64,000 nucleotides of DNA. Origin: the human T2T-CHM13v2.0 reference genome, Homo sapiens. Both the position numbers and the translations under genes were made by a program. A model generated the notes under the pieces. It did no database searches. It was given only the letters and a program-made list of their open reading frames with translations, and had not been told where the DNA came from. Positions 1 to 13,229 of this stretch are shown here, piece by piece (position 1 is the first letter of the stretch; every line of letters begins with the position of its first letter). The stretch lies in the NCBI RefSeq assembly GCF_009914755.1, contig NC_060925.1. One strand, given 5' to 3'.

Positions 1-269
1 ATCACTGACCTCTTCCCAAGACACTTGGGAAGGCTAATTGGCAAATACGCAATTACAATACAATTAAGGCTTGCTTTCTTGGAGGTATATACAAAATATG
101 GTGGGGGCTTAGTGGAGGCAGTGCCTGAAGCTGCCCATGAGCAGTCAGGGAAGACTTCTCAAAGGAGGTAGAATTTGAGCTGATATTTAAAGAGTGAGTA
201 GAAGTTTTATAGGAGTTGACAGTATTTATTAATATTTCTAAATTTAATCCTTATAATTCTATGAAATAC

Positions 270-400
270 ATGTTTATCTTCCCCATTCTTCAAGTGAGAG
301 AACTGAGACTCAGAGATATTGTCTAAGTTCACCCAAGAAGGTAGCAGAGCTGGGATTTGAAGCCATATTCATATGACTTCAAAGTACACATTACTTCCAC
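270..400 (-). mobile_element. MIR SINE fragment
   Basis: ccccattcttcaagtgagagaactgagactcagaga...gggatttgaagcc resembles the MIR core in antisense. Confidence 0.7.
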
Positions 401-439
401 CAGGGAAACTACCTCTCTTTCTTCAAAAATATGTTTTCA

Positions 440-584
440 GGCCAGGCTTGGTGGTGCACACCTGTAATCCCAGCTCCTTGGGAAGCTGAGGCAGGAAGAT
501 AGCTTGAACCCGGGAAGTGGAGATTGCAGTGTGAGCCAAGATCGAGCCACTGCACTCCAACCTGGGTGACAGAGCAAAACTGTG

Positions 585-618
<34 letters not shown>
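440..618 (+). mobile_element. Alu right-arm monomer (FRAM/AluJ-like) with about 30-nt A tail
   Basis: ggccaggcttggtggtgcacacctgtaatcccagc...cactgcactccaacctgggtgacagagc; TSD atatgttttca at 429-439 and 700-710. Confidence 0.9.
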
Positions 619-656
<38 letters not shown>

Positions 657-672
657 TATATATATGTATGTA

Positions 673-702
<30 letters not shown>
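619..702. repeat. Compound microsatellite (TA)n(CA)n(TA)n(TATG)n(TG)n(TA)n
   Basis: Seen directly, in the Alu tail. Confidence 0.95.
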
Positions 703-703
<1 letters not shown>

Positions 704-1649
704 GTTTTCAATCATATACTCTTGTTTTTTGTTTTTGTTTTTTTTCCTCTACCACTGCTATTAATGTTCATTTTAATCTAATTTTACTTTATACAGAATA
801 GAGGAGTAGATCATCATGAGAAAATGTATTATATGTTTTATCCAAGCTATATATCCTAAAGATGACCCAGGACTCTCTATCAACCAAAGTAGGAAGGTCT
901 TGAATGAAATATCCCATCTCACAAAACAAAAAAATATCTGACAGTGTCAAGGAAAATTTTACTTGCTCCATTTCTCTACCTGGGTACCCCATGTCTAGAA
1001 GTTGACTTCATATAACTCTTGCCTAAAATCAACAAAAATGTAGGACATAAACTGTAGCCAATTTTCCCACTTCCCAAAAAAGCAACTATTTAAATTTCCT
1101 CTTATATCATGAGGTCAATAACATAAGATATTTAATATAACAAGTTAAAAAAAGAGGTAGTGGTGATATGCCTTCTGTTCTCCCAATAATTGCTCACGTA
1201 ACTTCTACTTTGAGGTTTATGTTGCCTTCATATTATTTTCAAGTAATTTTTTCTAACCCCACATGTCTAAGATTTTTGTCAGCTGATCAGGACCTTCACT
1301 TTGTCACATGGATCAAGAACTACTCTAGTGACCTCTTAATTTGGAAAATGAAACTAACCAAACATGCAAGAGACAGGCATGGTCCTAAATTATCACACAA
1401 CTCTTAGGATAATGAATTTCGAGTCTTGATCACATGGGTGTTACTAAAACTCCTACCCAAGGATTGCTTTAAAATGTTTTATAATGATATGCATTTTCTT
1501 TGCACTTAATGTGAAAATCCAATATGTAGAAAGTAAAGACAACCCTTTTCTACTCATTTATCCAGGACAGCTAGCCACACGTTAAAGTGGGCAGCTAGAG
1601 GCAGGCATAGAGTGAGAAAGAAGAAACGGCAGACTAATACTGGACATTC

Positions 1650-1757
1650 CCCCACCTTCCTCCTTCTCCTCCTCTTTCTCCTGCTCCTTTTCCTCCTCCT
1701 TTTTTCTTCCTTTTCCTCCTTTTCCTCTTCCTCTTCCTCCTGCTCCTTCCTCTTCAT
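1650..1757. repeat. CT-rich (CCT/CTT)n low-complexity polypyrimidine tract
   Basis: Seen directly; source of the spurious E/K/R-rich ORFs. Confidence 0.9.
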
Positions 1758-2289
1758 CTATTAATCCCAGCTGTCGCATAAGTCAAGATTGATGTCAACT
1801 TGTAGGGAGGCTTCCTGTAGTATGGCTTAGTACTCATGCCCACAAAACTTGTCCCTCTTTAGTCTAATTTTAAGAGTAATTTCTAACCTGAAAATACCTG
1901 CATATACCCTGACTCCTCTTCCATGCCTATCTCCACACAAATAAGAATCCTGGATTCCACCAAGCACTTCCCCAAATAAATGGAGAGAATACTGGCAAAT
2001 GGTTACTTCCTCCAATTCACTCTATGCCTCTCAGCTACCTCGGACACCCGTGATTCCATTTGAAATAGTGTTGCAATGACCAGCTAATCCTTCCCCTTAA
2101 TCATCTGGGATACCGAAAGACATCTCATCAACAAAGACTGCTCTTTGCTAACGTGAAACCTGTGTTACCCTTTCAATCTCAGCTGCTCATGCCAAACCCC
2201 TAGTCTAGTCTATTTTAGTCCAGTATAGATATAGTATAGTATCTATTGTATAGATATGCCTAGGATAGAATAGACAACCCATGACTCCC

Positions 2290-3190
2290 ATCTCATTCTT
2301 AGGCATCCTCCACCAGCAATCAGTTCTCATGCTCTAAGAGCACCCATACTGTTGAGTCTTCTCCACATCCACCTACACACTCCAGCTTTTCTCATTACCT
2401 TGTCATTTAATTCCCATACCTCATATTCCACAGAACACTTTTCTGTCTCTCAGCTGCAACATCCATACAGTTCCCTTTCTACTGTCTTCCCCAAACTTTT
2501 TCTTCCAGGACATACATGCCGGCTGTACTGCATTCTATTCCTCTCACTACTTACTGCCTTTTACTGTTGCCAGGATCACCAACCCACAATTTCATATTGA
2601 GAACTTTGGAATTTTGTCATCCTCATGAATAATGTTAACCTCCCTGTGATCATACATTAGATTCAAAATTTATTAAGATTCTGGATGGTAAGAGCCTTCA
2701 TTCACACTCTACTTCAACAACTCACTCATAAGAATAAGAATATTCTAAATGCACATTTGATTCTGAAGCTCTAGCAAAATAAAATTCTTGTTCCTAGCCT
2801 ACCTCTGTCCTATCTTTACCAAGAACTACATGGGGGTACAAGATGACAGATCAACCAAGGAGTCAGGGCCTTGGCCCTAACAACAATCTTCCTTCTGTTA
2901 AACCATATAAATAATCCCTTCAAGAAGAGGCTTTCCTCTTACCAACATAATTTAATCAGTCATCAAAGTCCTGCTGGCTTTACTGCCCAAATATTTCTTT
3001 AAAATTTTTCTTGCTCACTATCCCTACTTCCACACAGTCAATTTAAGACTTCATTATCTGTTCACCTACACTACTTTAATAATCTCCTAATTTATGTCCT
3101 GCCTGCATTATGTCCCCTTAAACCTATTCTCCAGTTAGCTAGAATGGTGTATCTAAATTGTAAATCTGACCATGTCACTTCCTTGCTTCA
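2290..3190 (+). mobile_element. L2 LINE fragments
   Basis: L2-like text such as ttaatcagtcatcaaagtcctgctgg and aaatctgaccatgtcacttccttgctt. Confidence 0.6.
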
Positions 3191-3199
3191 GTGTTGATA

Positions 3200-3989
3200 T
3201 GGAAAACCTAACCCTCACAAGACGAAAAAAGAATAATTGTAAATATTAGCAGGAAAAAGTTACCGTGACTTTCAAAGTATCACAGTTGTCTATCAAGAAA
3301 ATAGAATCAACTGATGAACTATTATAACTAACAAGAAGAGTGACAATTTGGCCAGTTAAAAGCATAATATATAGGAACTGATAATTTTCTTACATACAAG
3401 TAGTAGCCAGATATAAAAAATAATAATGAAAGGGTGGTACTATTCACACTAGCAAAATAAAATATAAAATATCAAGAAATAAATTTTAAAACAAATGTGC
3501 CTAATGTGCATGAGAAAATAAAAACACAAAACTGCTTGAAAAAATATAAAGACCCAAAGAAATGAAGATTCAAGCCACACTCCTGGGTAGAGAGATCTGA
3601 TACATAACAATATTAACTGTCCTCAAATTCATCTGTAAACTGAATGTAGTTCCATCAAAACTCCAGTAGGATGGAAGGAGGAGGAATAGACAAAGCTCAA
3701 TAGAATAAAATTTAGAGCCTACACACAGAGCTACAGACATATGGGGATTTCGTATATGAAAAAGTAAACATCTTCAAGACAGTGGGACAAGAAAAAATAA
3801 TCCAATGGGAAAGCAAGTAAATAAATATCACTAAATCCCCATCTCACATCATATACAAGAATTTATTCCAGATTGATAAAAAACAACTTAAACATAAAAA
3901 TAAGTGACTACAAGAAAATATATAATATTTTATATTGTGAGATGTGGAAGGGCTCTTTCAACAAAATATAAAACCCAAAAGTCATTAAA

Positions 3990-4035
<46 letters not shown>

Positions 4036-4890
4036 TTCACTATATAACTAGAATTCTATATGGCAGAAGACACTATAAGCAAAGTTAAAAGGCAAAAGTA
4101 CAGATTGGAAGTAAAGATTTTCAACAAGTTTAACAAGCAAATAATTGGTATCCATAATATATAGGAGCTCTTGTAAATAATAGGAAAAAATTTAAATTGA
4201 AAAATACACAGTACATAAATAGGAAATTTATAAATAATTATGGTGAATAAATATTTGAAAAAACAATCATTCTCACTATATTAAGCAACATTATAACTGA
4301 ATATTAGTTTTGCCTTTATATAGGTAAATATTCTCAAAAAATTTATAGTACCCTGGAGAAATCAGTAATCACATACTATTGATAGGAAGACAAATTGATA
4401 ATCTTTTTGAAGAGCAATTTGATTTTTCCTTTTAAAAAGTTCATATTTTACTTATATAAATTTATTCGTATTCCCACAACTACCCCCCAAAACACACATT
4501 TTAAAATCTTCTTTACAACATTATTAGTAACTGCAAAACTTGGAAGCCCGACTAATATTCATCAGCATGGAAGTGGTTAAATACACTTCAGTACATCCAC
4601 ATCATGGAACACCAGGTGGTTTTTCAAAAAGTAGAACCATGTGTTGTAATGCAGAAAGATACTCAAGAATTATTACTTAATTCAAAAAGAAAGCTGAAGA
4701 ACAATGTATATGTAACATAATCCCATTGTGATAAAATTATAGCATGTACAGAAAGTAATTGGAGGAATGGGAGCTGAAGTGTTGACAACAGTTATTCTGG
4801 AGTTGGATTTGGTGGAATTTATTTTGATATTATATTTTGCTAATGTTTGGATACCACCAACCTATGTATTATATTTATAATCAGCAAAAA
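3200..4890 (+). mobile_element. Ancient L1 (L1MC/L1ME-type) ORF2 and 3' UTR remnants interrupting an L2
   Basis: A-rich degenerate L1 ORF2 text (atctcacatcatatacaagaatttattccagattgat, etc.). Confidence 0.65.
3990..4034. repeat. (TA)11(GA)11 microsatellite
   Basis: Seen directly. Confidence 0.95.
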
Positions 4891-4904
4891 AACAATGGGC
4901 ATCA

Positions 4905-5450
4905 TGACTTAGGAAATCCTTCATGATCTAGAAACTCTCTAGCTTTCCAATCATCTTCACTTCTACCTGCCTGTCAATTTATTCTCTCGCCACATGGAAT
5001 TATATGTTGATTCTTGTTTACAACTTGCATATATTGCCTTGGTGATGCAGTGACGACCATCCCCCAGGCCATGAAGCCTCAGACACAAAAACACACCCAA
5101 CTCTTATTCATCACTCCACACTCACCTGAGCTATCTCCATCTCCAGAAAACCTCACTTACTCCCCAACTCCCCACTCTGCTGGCTTAGGTGCTCCTCATC
5201 AAAGCAATCCCAGCATATTTCTTTTCTTACATTCAATGCTGTAGTATAATTACCATTGAGTGTGTCAATCTCTCCCACTAGACTAGAGCTCCATGAAGTT
5301 TTATCTACACAGTGCTTGGGGCTCTGAGTTATAAACTTCATGAAGGCATAGGCCATAGCACCATTGTGCACTGCTGCATTCCTGGTAACTCCCCAGTTAT
5401 CTAGTAGACAGTAGGCAAATTGATGAATGAATGATAGATTGTGAATGAAT
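4905..5450 (+). mobile_element. L2 3' end
   Basis: tctcccactagactagagctccatgaag, ending in gaatgaatga repeats. Confidence 0.7.
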
Positions 5451-5739
5451 CATGTTCCCACCTGGCTGCAACTTTGCAGTCATTTCTCTGGTGGACCTAA
5501 TTCAATGCCCAACCCATATTTAAGAATCTTAGTTTCAAGAATTTATATCCTAGGCCTCATTCAGCAGAGACAAAGAAAAACAGATGCACAAAGATGTTCA
5601 TAGCAATATTTTAAACAATAAGGAAGAAAAGTGTAGGTAATCCTCCAACCAAAATGTCTAACTTTAGACATAGATCGCTATTAAACACACATTTATTAAA
5701 TATCTATTCTGTAGTAAAAGATAAACGAGATGTAATTTC

Positions 5740-6176
5740 AGTAATTGGTTGAATTGTGCCCTCCAAAAAGAGATGTTAAAGTCCTAACTCCCAGTACGTC
5801 AGAATGTGGCCTTACTCAAAACTAGGGTGGCTGCAGATGTAATCAGTTAAGATGAGATCATGTTGGAATAGGGTGAACCCCTAATCTAATCTGACTGATG
5901 TCCTGATGAGAAGATAAGAGAGACACACAGGAAGAACACCATGTGATGACAGAGGACAGACTGGAGAGATGCAGGCACAAACCAAGGGACACCAAGGATT
6001 GGCAGCCACTACCAGAAGCTAGGAAGAAGCAAGGAAGGATTCCCCTACACGTTCCAGAGGGAGCGTATTGGCAGACTAATTGATAGACTTCAGAGCTGCA
6101 GAACAATAATTTCTATTGCTTTCAAGCCACCCAGTTTGTGGTACTTTTGATAGGACAGTCCCAGGAAATTAATACA
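5740..6176 (+). mobile_element. MLT1B/MLT1C solo LTR (ERVL-MaLR)
   Basis: ggttgaattgtgccctccaaaa...ccaccagaagctagg-like core...aagccacccagtttgtggtactt...aattaataca. Confidence 0.85.
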
Positions 6177-6997
6177 GTCCCTAACTTCAGAAACTTATAG
6201 TCCAATAAGAGACAAACATACAAACATGGAGTAATAAGACCAAAAAATAAAATCATGCATAACATTCAAGGGTAGTACAGAGCAGTGGTTAACTCTACTG
6301 GGGATCCAGGTGGGGAGAATTTGGGTAAAACTTCACAGATAGAGCAATGTTGATTTTGAGCATCCAGGATAGCTGCATGAAGACCATTGAACAAGGTCGG
6401 GGGTGGAGGATGAGAAGATATTCTTCCAGCATAGGAACCAGGATCTGCAAAGCCTGGAAGGTATGAAAGGTGCTTTGCAGTAAGAACTGCAAATAAATAA
6501 TTCATTACTGCTGTAGGCAAGTGCAAGTGAAATGGGGTGAAAAAATCCTAACACTCCCCACACCCCCACAAAGAAAATGCAATAAGAAAGAACAAGATCC
6601 CGCAACACCTTAAATGCTGTGCCAAGGAAGCTGGGATTTATCCATTCCATGATAGGGAGCACTGACATTTCGAGGGGAGCAGCTTGGTCAGATGAGAAAG
6701 GTCACTCTATGGGCAGAGTGAAGAAGCAATCAGGACAAAATAGCAAGTGTCACAAGCCTGAGGGAAAGACAAACTGAGAGGCTGACTTTTTTTCTTCTAT
6801 CCCTCATGACTCCCTTTCTTTCTACCCACATCCTCTACCTCTCCCCCACACCCAGTCCAGACATCAAGTTTTATGAAAAATGGAGATTAGTCATTCTTCT
6901 CTGTGACACAGGGTCATAATTAATACTAATTGGTATAAATGTGAGAAAAGAAACAAAAACAACATTTCACTCATTATTAAGAGTTTTATAATTATTG

Positions 6998-7260
6998 CAG
7001 CATTTTCCCAAATATATCCTCAGAGCACTTCTGTGGAGGGGAAAAATGTCCCATAATCAAATGCTTGGAAAACTCTGGGTTAAACAAAATAGAAAAATTC
7101 CCCCGCCCCATGCTTTTTCAGAGCTCTTATTATGCTCATTTACACAGTGGCTCTTCAAGAGGATACAGTTTTGTAAAATATTTCCCTAATGTATCTGACC
7201 TCAGAAACTTTTTCTGCAAATGATCACTTTCCAAACTGGAGCACACTTTGGAAAATGTTG
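6998..7260. mobile_element. MER103C-like hAT-Charlie DNA transposon
   Basis: Terminal inverted repeats cagcattttccca / tggaaaatgttg; internal ctgggttaaacaaa. Confidence 0.75.
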
Positions 7261-8045
7261 AGTTGAATTAGAATTTTCTAATGAAGTAGTGATTTCTCTC
7301 AACCCCCTTTTCTGGAATGTTTAGTGAGAGATCAGCCCTCTTAAGAGTGATATGAGATTTCTCTATTGAGTGGTATAGACTAAACTACCTCTGAGGTCAC
7401 TTTCAACTCAACATGCCATTACTCTGCGGCTATTGATGATTTCCTCATGCCTGCAATCTGATTGTTCTACCTTCAATATTTCATTTTATTATTGATTTTT
7501 TAAAAGGGGGAGGAAGTTTTCCCATTAATTAAATGGCAAACATAACTGGGCAATAAGGATTGGATTTTTTTTCCCCTCAACCTACATAAGGTCATTCACT
7601 CCCAGGATCAGACTACAAAGAGTTTTCTTAGTTGAGAAATGCAATCTTTGGCCCCACAGGGAACTTCCCGCTCCAACACCGCACTCAATTGTGTGGCTCC
7701 CTTTCAGACATGCACCTATGGGACTCATAGCACTTTATGCTACTCCTGATTTCTTCCAAAAATGAGAATCAAATATTTTCAAAGGAATGCTGTCACCGAT
7801 GATGCTTGGAGGAATAGGGGGAATGGTGACAAAAACAGTCATTGTGTAAGGGCATGCTGGGGGGACACGCCTGTTGCCACTAGAGTAGCCAAGAGGATCT
7901 GTTGTGGAGTGGACTCATTCAGAACTGAGGACGAGGGGCAGGAGGAAACCAAGGGAGAAAAATAATTCACTCCTGCTCTATGGCAAAAGAGGGGGGAAAT
8001 ACACAACATTTTCTGATCATTTGACAGTTTGTAAAGAATGTTTAT

Positions 8046-8114
8046 GGAGATCGTGCCACTGCACTCCAGCCTGGGTGACAGAGCAAGACTCTGTCTCAAA
8101 AAAGAAAAAAAAAA
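8046..8114 (+). mobile_element. Extremely 5'-truncated Alu (about 50 nt plus A tail)
   Basis: gagatcgtgccactgcactccagcctgggtgacagagcaagactctgtctc; perfect TSD aaagaatgtttat at 8033-8045 and 8112-8124. Confidence 0.9.
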
Positions 8115-8949
8115 GAATGTTTATCCATTTCTTATTTAATTTTTAAAGCAATCCTACGTGGTAGATAATATTCATCTCATTTTACAGATGGAGAGGTAAG
8201 TGGCTTACCCAAGGTCCTAAAAATCAGTGTAAGAGTTGTCATTTGGACTGAAATCTTTTGATTACAATTCCAGTGTTCTTTCTACTATATTTTCATATCC
8301 CGATAAGACTTCTTGTATCAGGTTAAAGTTCACTGTATACAACAGGACACACTCTAGCCAATTTAAACTGAAAGATAGCCATTTCCAAGTATTAGGGTGT
8401 CTTACAAAATCCTAAATATGGGTGGATTGAAGACCTGAGTCACCAGAAAAAACTCCCAACTCCAGAAGCATGCTGCCTCTGCAACAATCTCCAGAAAGCT
8501 TCCCCTTCCAATGGAAGAAACTTGCCAAAGGAGTAGACCGCTGACCGAAGACCCCTGGTACTCCATCACAGTCCCTTTCCACCCAAGAGATGCTGGGCAG
8601 AGTTCTGCATCACTCAACTGCACCTGATGGGAAAAACCTACATTACAACCAGAACCCTTAGCCATAAGGGAGTGATAGAAATGTGGTTTTCAGCTTTCTA
8701 GGCTCTGCTGTACAGGAAGGCATACTAAAAGGACATTAGAGTGGATATGGAGGGGTATCTGCCATGCCATGCATAGACAAAATACTTAGAGAAACATGTA
8801 TTTTTTAAAAACAAACAAAATACAAAATAAAAGAGCTAACTCGGGTTCAATGACAAGTTATAAGCGACTTTGGAAAGCTCCTGGTGGTCCACTGACCCTA
8901 CCAGTCATTAATACCCAGTTACATGTAGGATGAGTCTAAGTGACGATGG

Positions 8950-9110
8950 AAGACATGGAGTGTGCATCCTTCTACCTTCCCTTCCCAGTCCTGTAGCAGG
9001 CATTAGTAATCAATCACATCACTTTTGTGCTATACCTAGATCCGACCTCAGATTCCTTTTCAGGACAACGCATCCTGCAGGTAGGAACATCAACCAGAAT
9101 GATGGTAAAA
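8950..9110. mobile_element. MamRTE1-like ancient LINE fragment
   Basis: cccagtcctgtagcaggcattagtaatcaatcacatcact resembles the recalled consensus. Confidence 0.45.
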
Positions 9111-9159
9111 TTGAAGTTGAAGTGGAAAATCATTCATTTAGAGACTTCATAACATCTGC

Positions 9160-9598
9160 TGGTCTCAGACAGTTATTACCACAAAAAAATTATATTTTAA
9201 AAAAACACAAAATTCAGTGGTTTAAAGCAACCGTCATTTGTTATTGTTAACACATCTACAAGTGGGCTGACCTAGACTAGGCATGGCTGAGCAGCTGTGC
9301 TCCACATGTCTCTCATCCTCCTTGGACCAATAGGCTAATCCAGGCATGTCCTTCTCATGGTGATGACAGAGGCACAAGATGGCCTGCGGAAATGTACAAG
9401 GCCTCTTATGGCCTACGTTTGGAATCAGTACACTGTCACTTCTACACACATGACATTAGCAAGAATAGATCACAAAGCTGAGCCCAAAGTCATGGAGTAG
9501 GGAAATACATTTCAGCCACAATGAAGCCATAGCAAGAGTATAGAAGCAGGGAGCAGCAAAGAACTGGATAATGCAATCCATTAATACAATCTACCATA
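9160..9598 (-). mobile_element. MLT1H/I-type LTR
   Basis: cagtggtttaaagcaac...gctccacatgtctctcatcctcc...gtccttctcatgg...aatctaccata. Confidence 0.7.
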
Positions 9599-9849
9599 AG
9601 GCCCTCATGAAAGATCATTGTCAGCTCATAATAAAATCTGTAATTTTCAGTGCCAACAACCTTGAAAAATTCTGCCTTATTTCATAAGGCATTTACCCAT
9701 GTCAGCTAACAATAGAAGTGAACGATTGACCCTAGGAGCATTGAGGTGAGCCTGAAATCCACTGGTTGCGGAAGTGTTACCCTTGGGACTCTAAGCCAAC
9801 ACATAGAACTATATAGCAAGAGTGGTGGTTATATTAAAGTGGCTAAGAT

Positions 9850-10156
9850 CATCATCCTAACTGAATTAATGCAGGAACAGAAAACCAAATACCACATGTT
9901 CTCACTTATAAGTGGGAGTTAAACATTGGGTACATCTGGACACAAAGATAAGAACCATAGAGACTGGGGACTACTTAAAGTGGGAGAGGGGAGGGGAGCA
10001 AGGGCTGAAAAACTACCCATTGGTACTATGCTCACTACCTGGGTGATGAGATCATTTGTACCCCAAACCTCAGCATCATGCAATATCGCCATGTAACAAA
10101 CCTATATGTATACCCCCTGAAATCTAAAATAAAACTTGAAATTGTTTTTAAAAAAT
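9850..10156 (+). mobile_element. L1 3' end (L1PA15-16/L1PB-like)
   Basis: aaaaccaaataccacatgttctcacttataagtgggag...ctaaaataaaacttgaaatt. Confidence 0.85.
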
Positions 10157-11495
10157 TACTATCCAAAGGAAAATATCAGTGCTATGCATCTGAAACCTAA
10201 GAACAATGTTTTATTAAAATTACAATGACAAAAATAACTATCTATTCAGTTATTTGCTCTATTTGCTCCCTGAGAGGCACTTACTATAATCTCACAGGCA
10301 TTCAGTGACAGTCACTTTCATTTAAAGGCTCCGATTTGCTTCTGTTACTCAGTTCTATTTATGAGAGAGGCTACTATGTTTACTACGTGAGTTTGATAGT
10401 CTTAAAAACACAAATATAACTTAATGGTAATCATAAGTACTGAAGTATTTACGGTGCTGTAAATTTTTGATTTATTGATGCAATAAATAAAAGAATTGCT
10501 AAGAAAGAATGTTTCAGCCATACAATACTGTGAAGCATGCCATTTTAACTACAGATCTTCACAATGTGAACAGCAATTGTATAATTTGATGGTATATATT
10601 GTATTCATAAGCAACATTTTAACACCAGTTAGAAGAAAAATATGAATACATTTGCTGGCTTCACCAATCCTATAAATGTCTTTGAATAATTTTTCTACCA
10701 AGAAAGCCAAATTTCTTGAACTGTTGTTAAACACCATCAGCATATACAATTTGTATTTGTCCATTTAAAAATAAATTTTTAAAAAGATAGCTAAATTTCA
10801 AAATACTTGTATTCCTGATTCCTTCCAATACACCTTAGTCTCAGAACTTCCAATAAAGATTTTCGTGCCTTGCTCTTTCTTCATGCTCTCATCTACAATC
10901 ATTAAAGACCACATGGGGAGGAGTGGAGGGAGAAGAAAGATCGTTTTAAAAACTAGGTGGCAGAATCCTTTTAAAACAGAAGGATCATTTGTAACATATT
11001 GGCTTTTGATTGTAAAAAGATCCCCCTTAAGATGGGTTCAGGATAGGCCACGGATGAAGTAGAGATAACTAAATTGTTCTACATAATAAATAAGTTTTTG
11101 TGGAAGAGGTAGAGGGAATCTGAGAACAGTGTAGAAACTCAGGGAGAAGATAAGATAGAGAGACAAGGCAAGTACAGTGGCAGGAGGTTGATACCAGAGA
11201 AGAGATCGCTATGGAGAAATTCAAAGTTGTGGGCATGGTGGTCCATCTTGATGAACAGGGACAGCTAATATTCTATTTCATATTACTCTCTGGGCTCTGC
11301 TGCAGTGTCACACAAACCTGACATCAACCTCCAAACCATCATCATCTTATTTCATTGAAATAAGAAAAAGAAACTGTTCCCTTTAGGTTGACCAAGAGCA
11401 AAGTAAGAAAAATATTCATGAAAGATGAAATACCTCAAGGAAGAACTTGGTGGAAGCAGAAAATGTGAGCAAGAGATGACTAGGAGAAATACAAA

Positions 11496-11637
11496 TAGGA
11501 TTGCCAGATAAAGGATCCTTAGTTAAGTTTTAATTTCAGATAATATTTTTATAAAAATAAAGTACATCCCAAATATTACCTGATAAGTTTTTATGCTAAA
11601 TACAATTATATTTTTATTTGCTAAATCTGGAACTCTA
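11496..11637. mobile_element. MER53-like MITE
   Basis: TIR-like ends taggattgccagat / atctggaactcta. Confidence 0.7.
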
Positions 11638-12564
11638 AATGCCAGCCTCCTCCACCCAAGAACCTTCTGCTCTACTGAAGGGAGTGTATATTTCTCTTTT
11701 TAATTTGGCTTCAAGCCAGTTGTATTTAAATTCATTAAATATACCTTCTACCTTTCAGCAGACAGGAGGACCTGAGAAATTTTGGACAACTGATAAATAG
11801 GTAAGTGTATCAAATTACCTTGTTATTAGCTAGTAATCAAAACTAACCCAGTCATCCACAGCTAAGCACATTTTCTATTGCCCATGTCTTTTTGGTGGTG
11901 TTGCAGCACTTTAAAAAGAGGACTATTGTCCCAGTGAGTTTTGCTCCTGTGCTACAGAAAGAACAAAAAGTAAACTAGATACAGTCTTCCTTTTGACATT
12001 ATGGACAAATTAGATACCCTAAACAACTCTCTCAACTGAATCAACTAGAATTCAGAAAAAAAATGTGGTTTAAAAAATACTTTAAATGCATCACTGAGCA
12101 GGTATAAAAGAATCTATAGAATCCAAAAATGAGATGAAAGCAGGAACCCTGAGTGGTAAGCAAGTACCAAACCCTGCAGCGAGAGTCTGTGCTGAAACCT
12201 GGAGACCTGGAGACACATTTAGAAAAACTGCACAGTACACAGGCAGGAAAGGTAAAATCACAGGTACTATGCAAAGCAGAGAATCAAATGGGAGACCCCT
12301 TTATAGAGCTGAATTTGCAATGGTCTATACTCTGAGAATAAAGGTAATGAAATATAAATGCCTCCATGCATGCAGAAAGAGACTCTGCCTCCACCTTAAT
12401 GATGCATGAAAGGGAAAAACAGTATTTTTATTGAGCTCTCATAGCCACACAGGGCTCTCAGGGGGTTCACAGACTAAATTCATATCAACTATGCAGCCCA
12501 GAAATTCTAGCAGAAAATTTTAAGTAGCCCCAGGGGACTCTCTGGAAAAGAATGATGGCAGCAA

Positions 12565-12728
12565 CCAGGTGGACATGGGCAGTTCCAACTACTTTGGAGG
12601 TTGAAACAGGAGGATTACTTGAGGCCAGGAGCTTGAGGCTGCAGTGAGCTATGACTCCACCTATGAATAGCCACTGCACTCCAGCCTGGGCAACATTGCG
12701 AGACCCTATCTCTTTAAAAAAAAAAAAG
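12565..12728 (+). mobile_element. FAM (fossil Alu monomer)
   Basis: Monomer retaining the 7SL-type segment cctatgaatagccactgcactccagcctgggcaac; A tail. Confidence 0.75.
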
Positions 12729-13229
12729 GTGCTAAAAGAAAAATAATGACAGCAATCTGAAGTTATTGAAGCTTCCCAAAACTCATCCTGAAAACCAAAT
12801 ATAACAGCCTAAAAATGCTGGCAAATGCTTGCTACCAAAAGAAGAGCCCACCCAAGTGGCAGCCCAGGAAGCACACCTGAGAACAACTGGTGAAACTGAG
12901 AAAAGTCTTCATAGGCATCAGGTCATAGAGCAAAAACTACATGGGGGAATGAGAGAACATCCACAGTATGACAGTCATCCCAGTCATGACAAATCTCAGA
13001 AATTGTCAATAATTTCCAACCAGTACCTCCCATTAGCAAACCCACCAAAAGCCAGCTGACATGGAAACCTGTGAAACAAGGTGTCAACTTCCTACATTAC
13101 AGAATAAGGCAAGGGAGAGACAAAAAATAGATCCATGAGCAAAAAGCCAAATGACCAGCACAGCCATCCTTTTCCTTACCACTACGCTCATGGAAGCACT
13201 TGTCAAGGAGTAACAATTAGCAGAGCCTC

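Noticed and set aside
409-781. Three overlapping ORFs
   Set aside because: Alu plus microsatellite translation artefacts; the same applies to the Alu ORFs at 20230, 22546, 32633, 33609, 36682, 37029, 49143 and 61792.
1554-1779. E/K/R-rich ORFs
   Set aside because: Translation of a CT-rich low-complexity tract.
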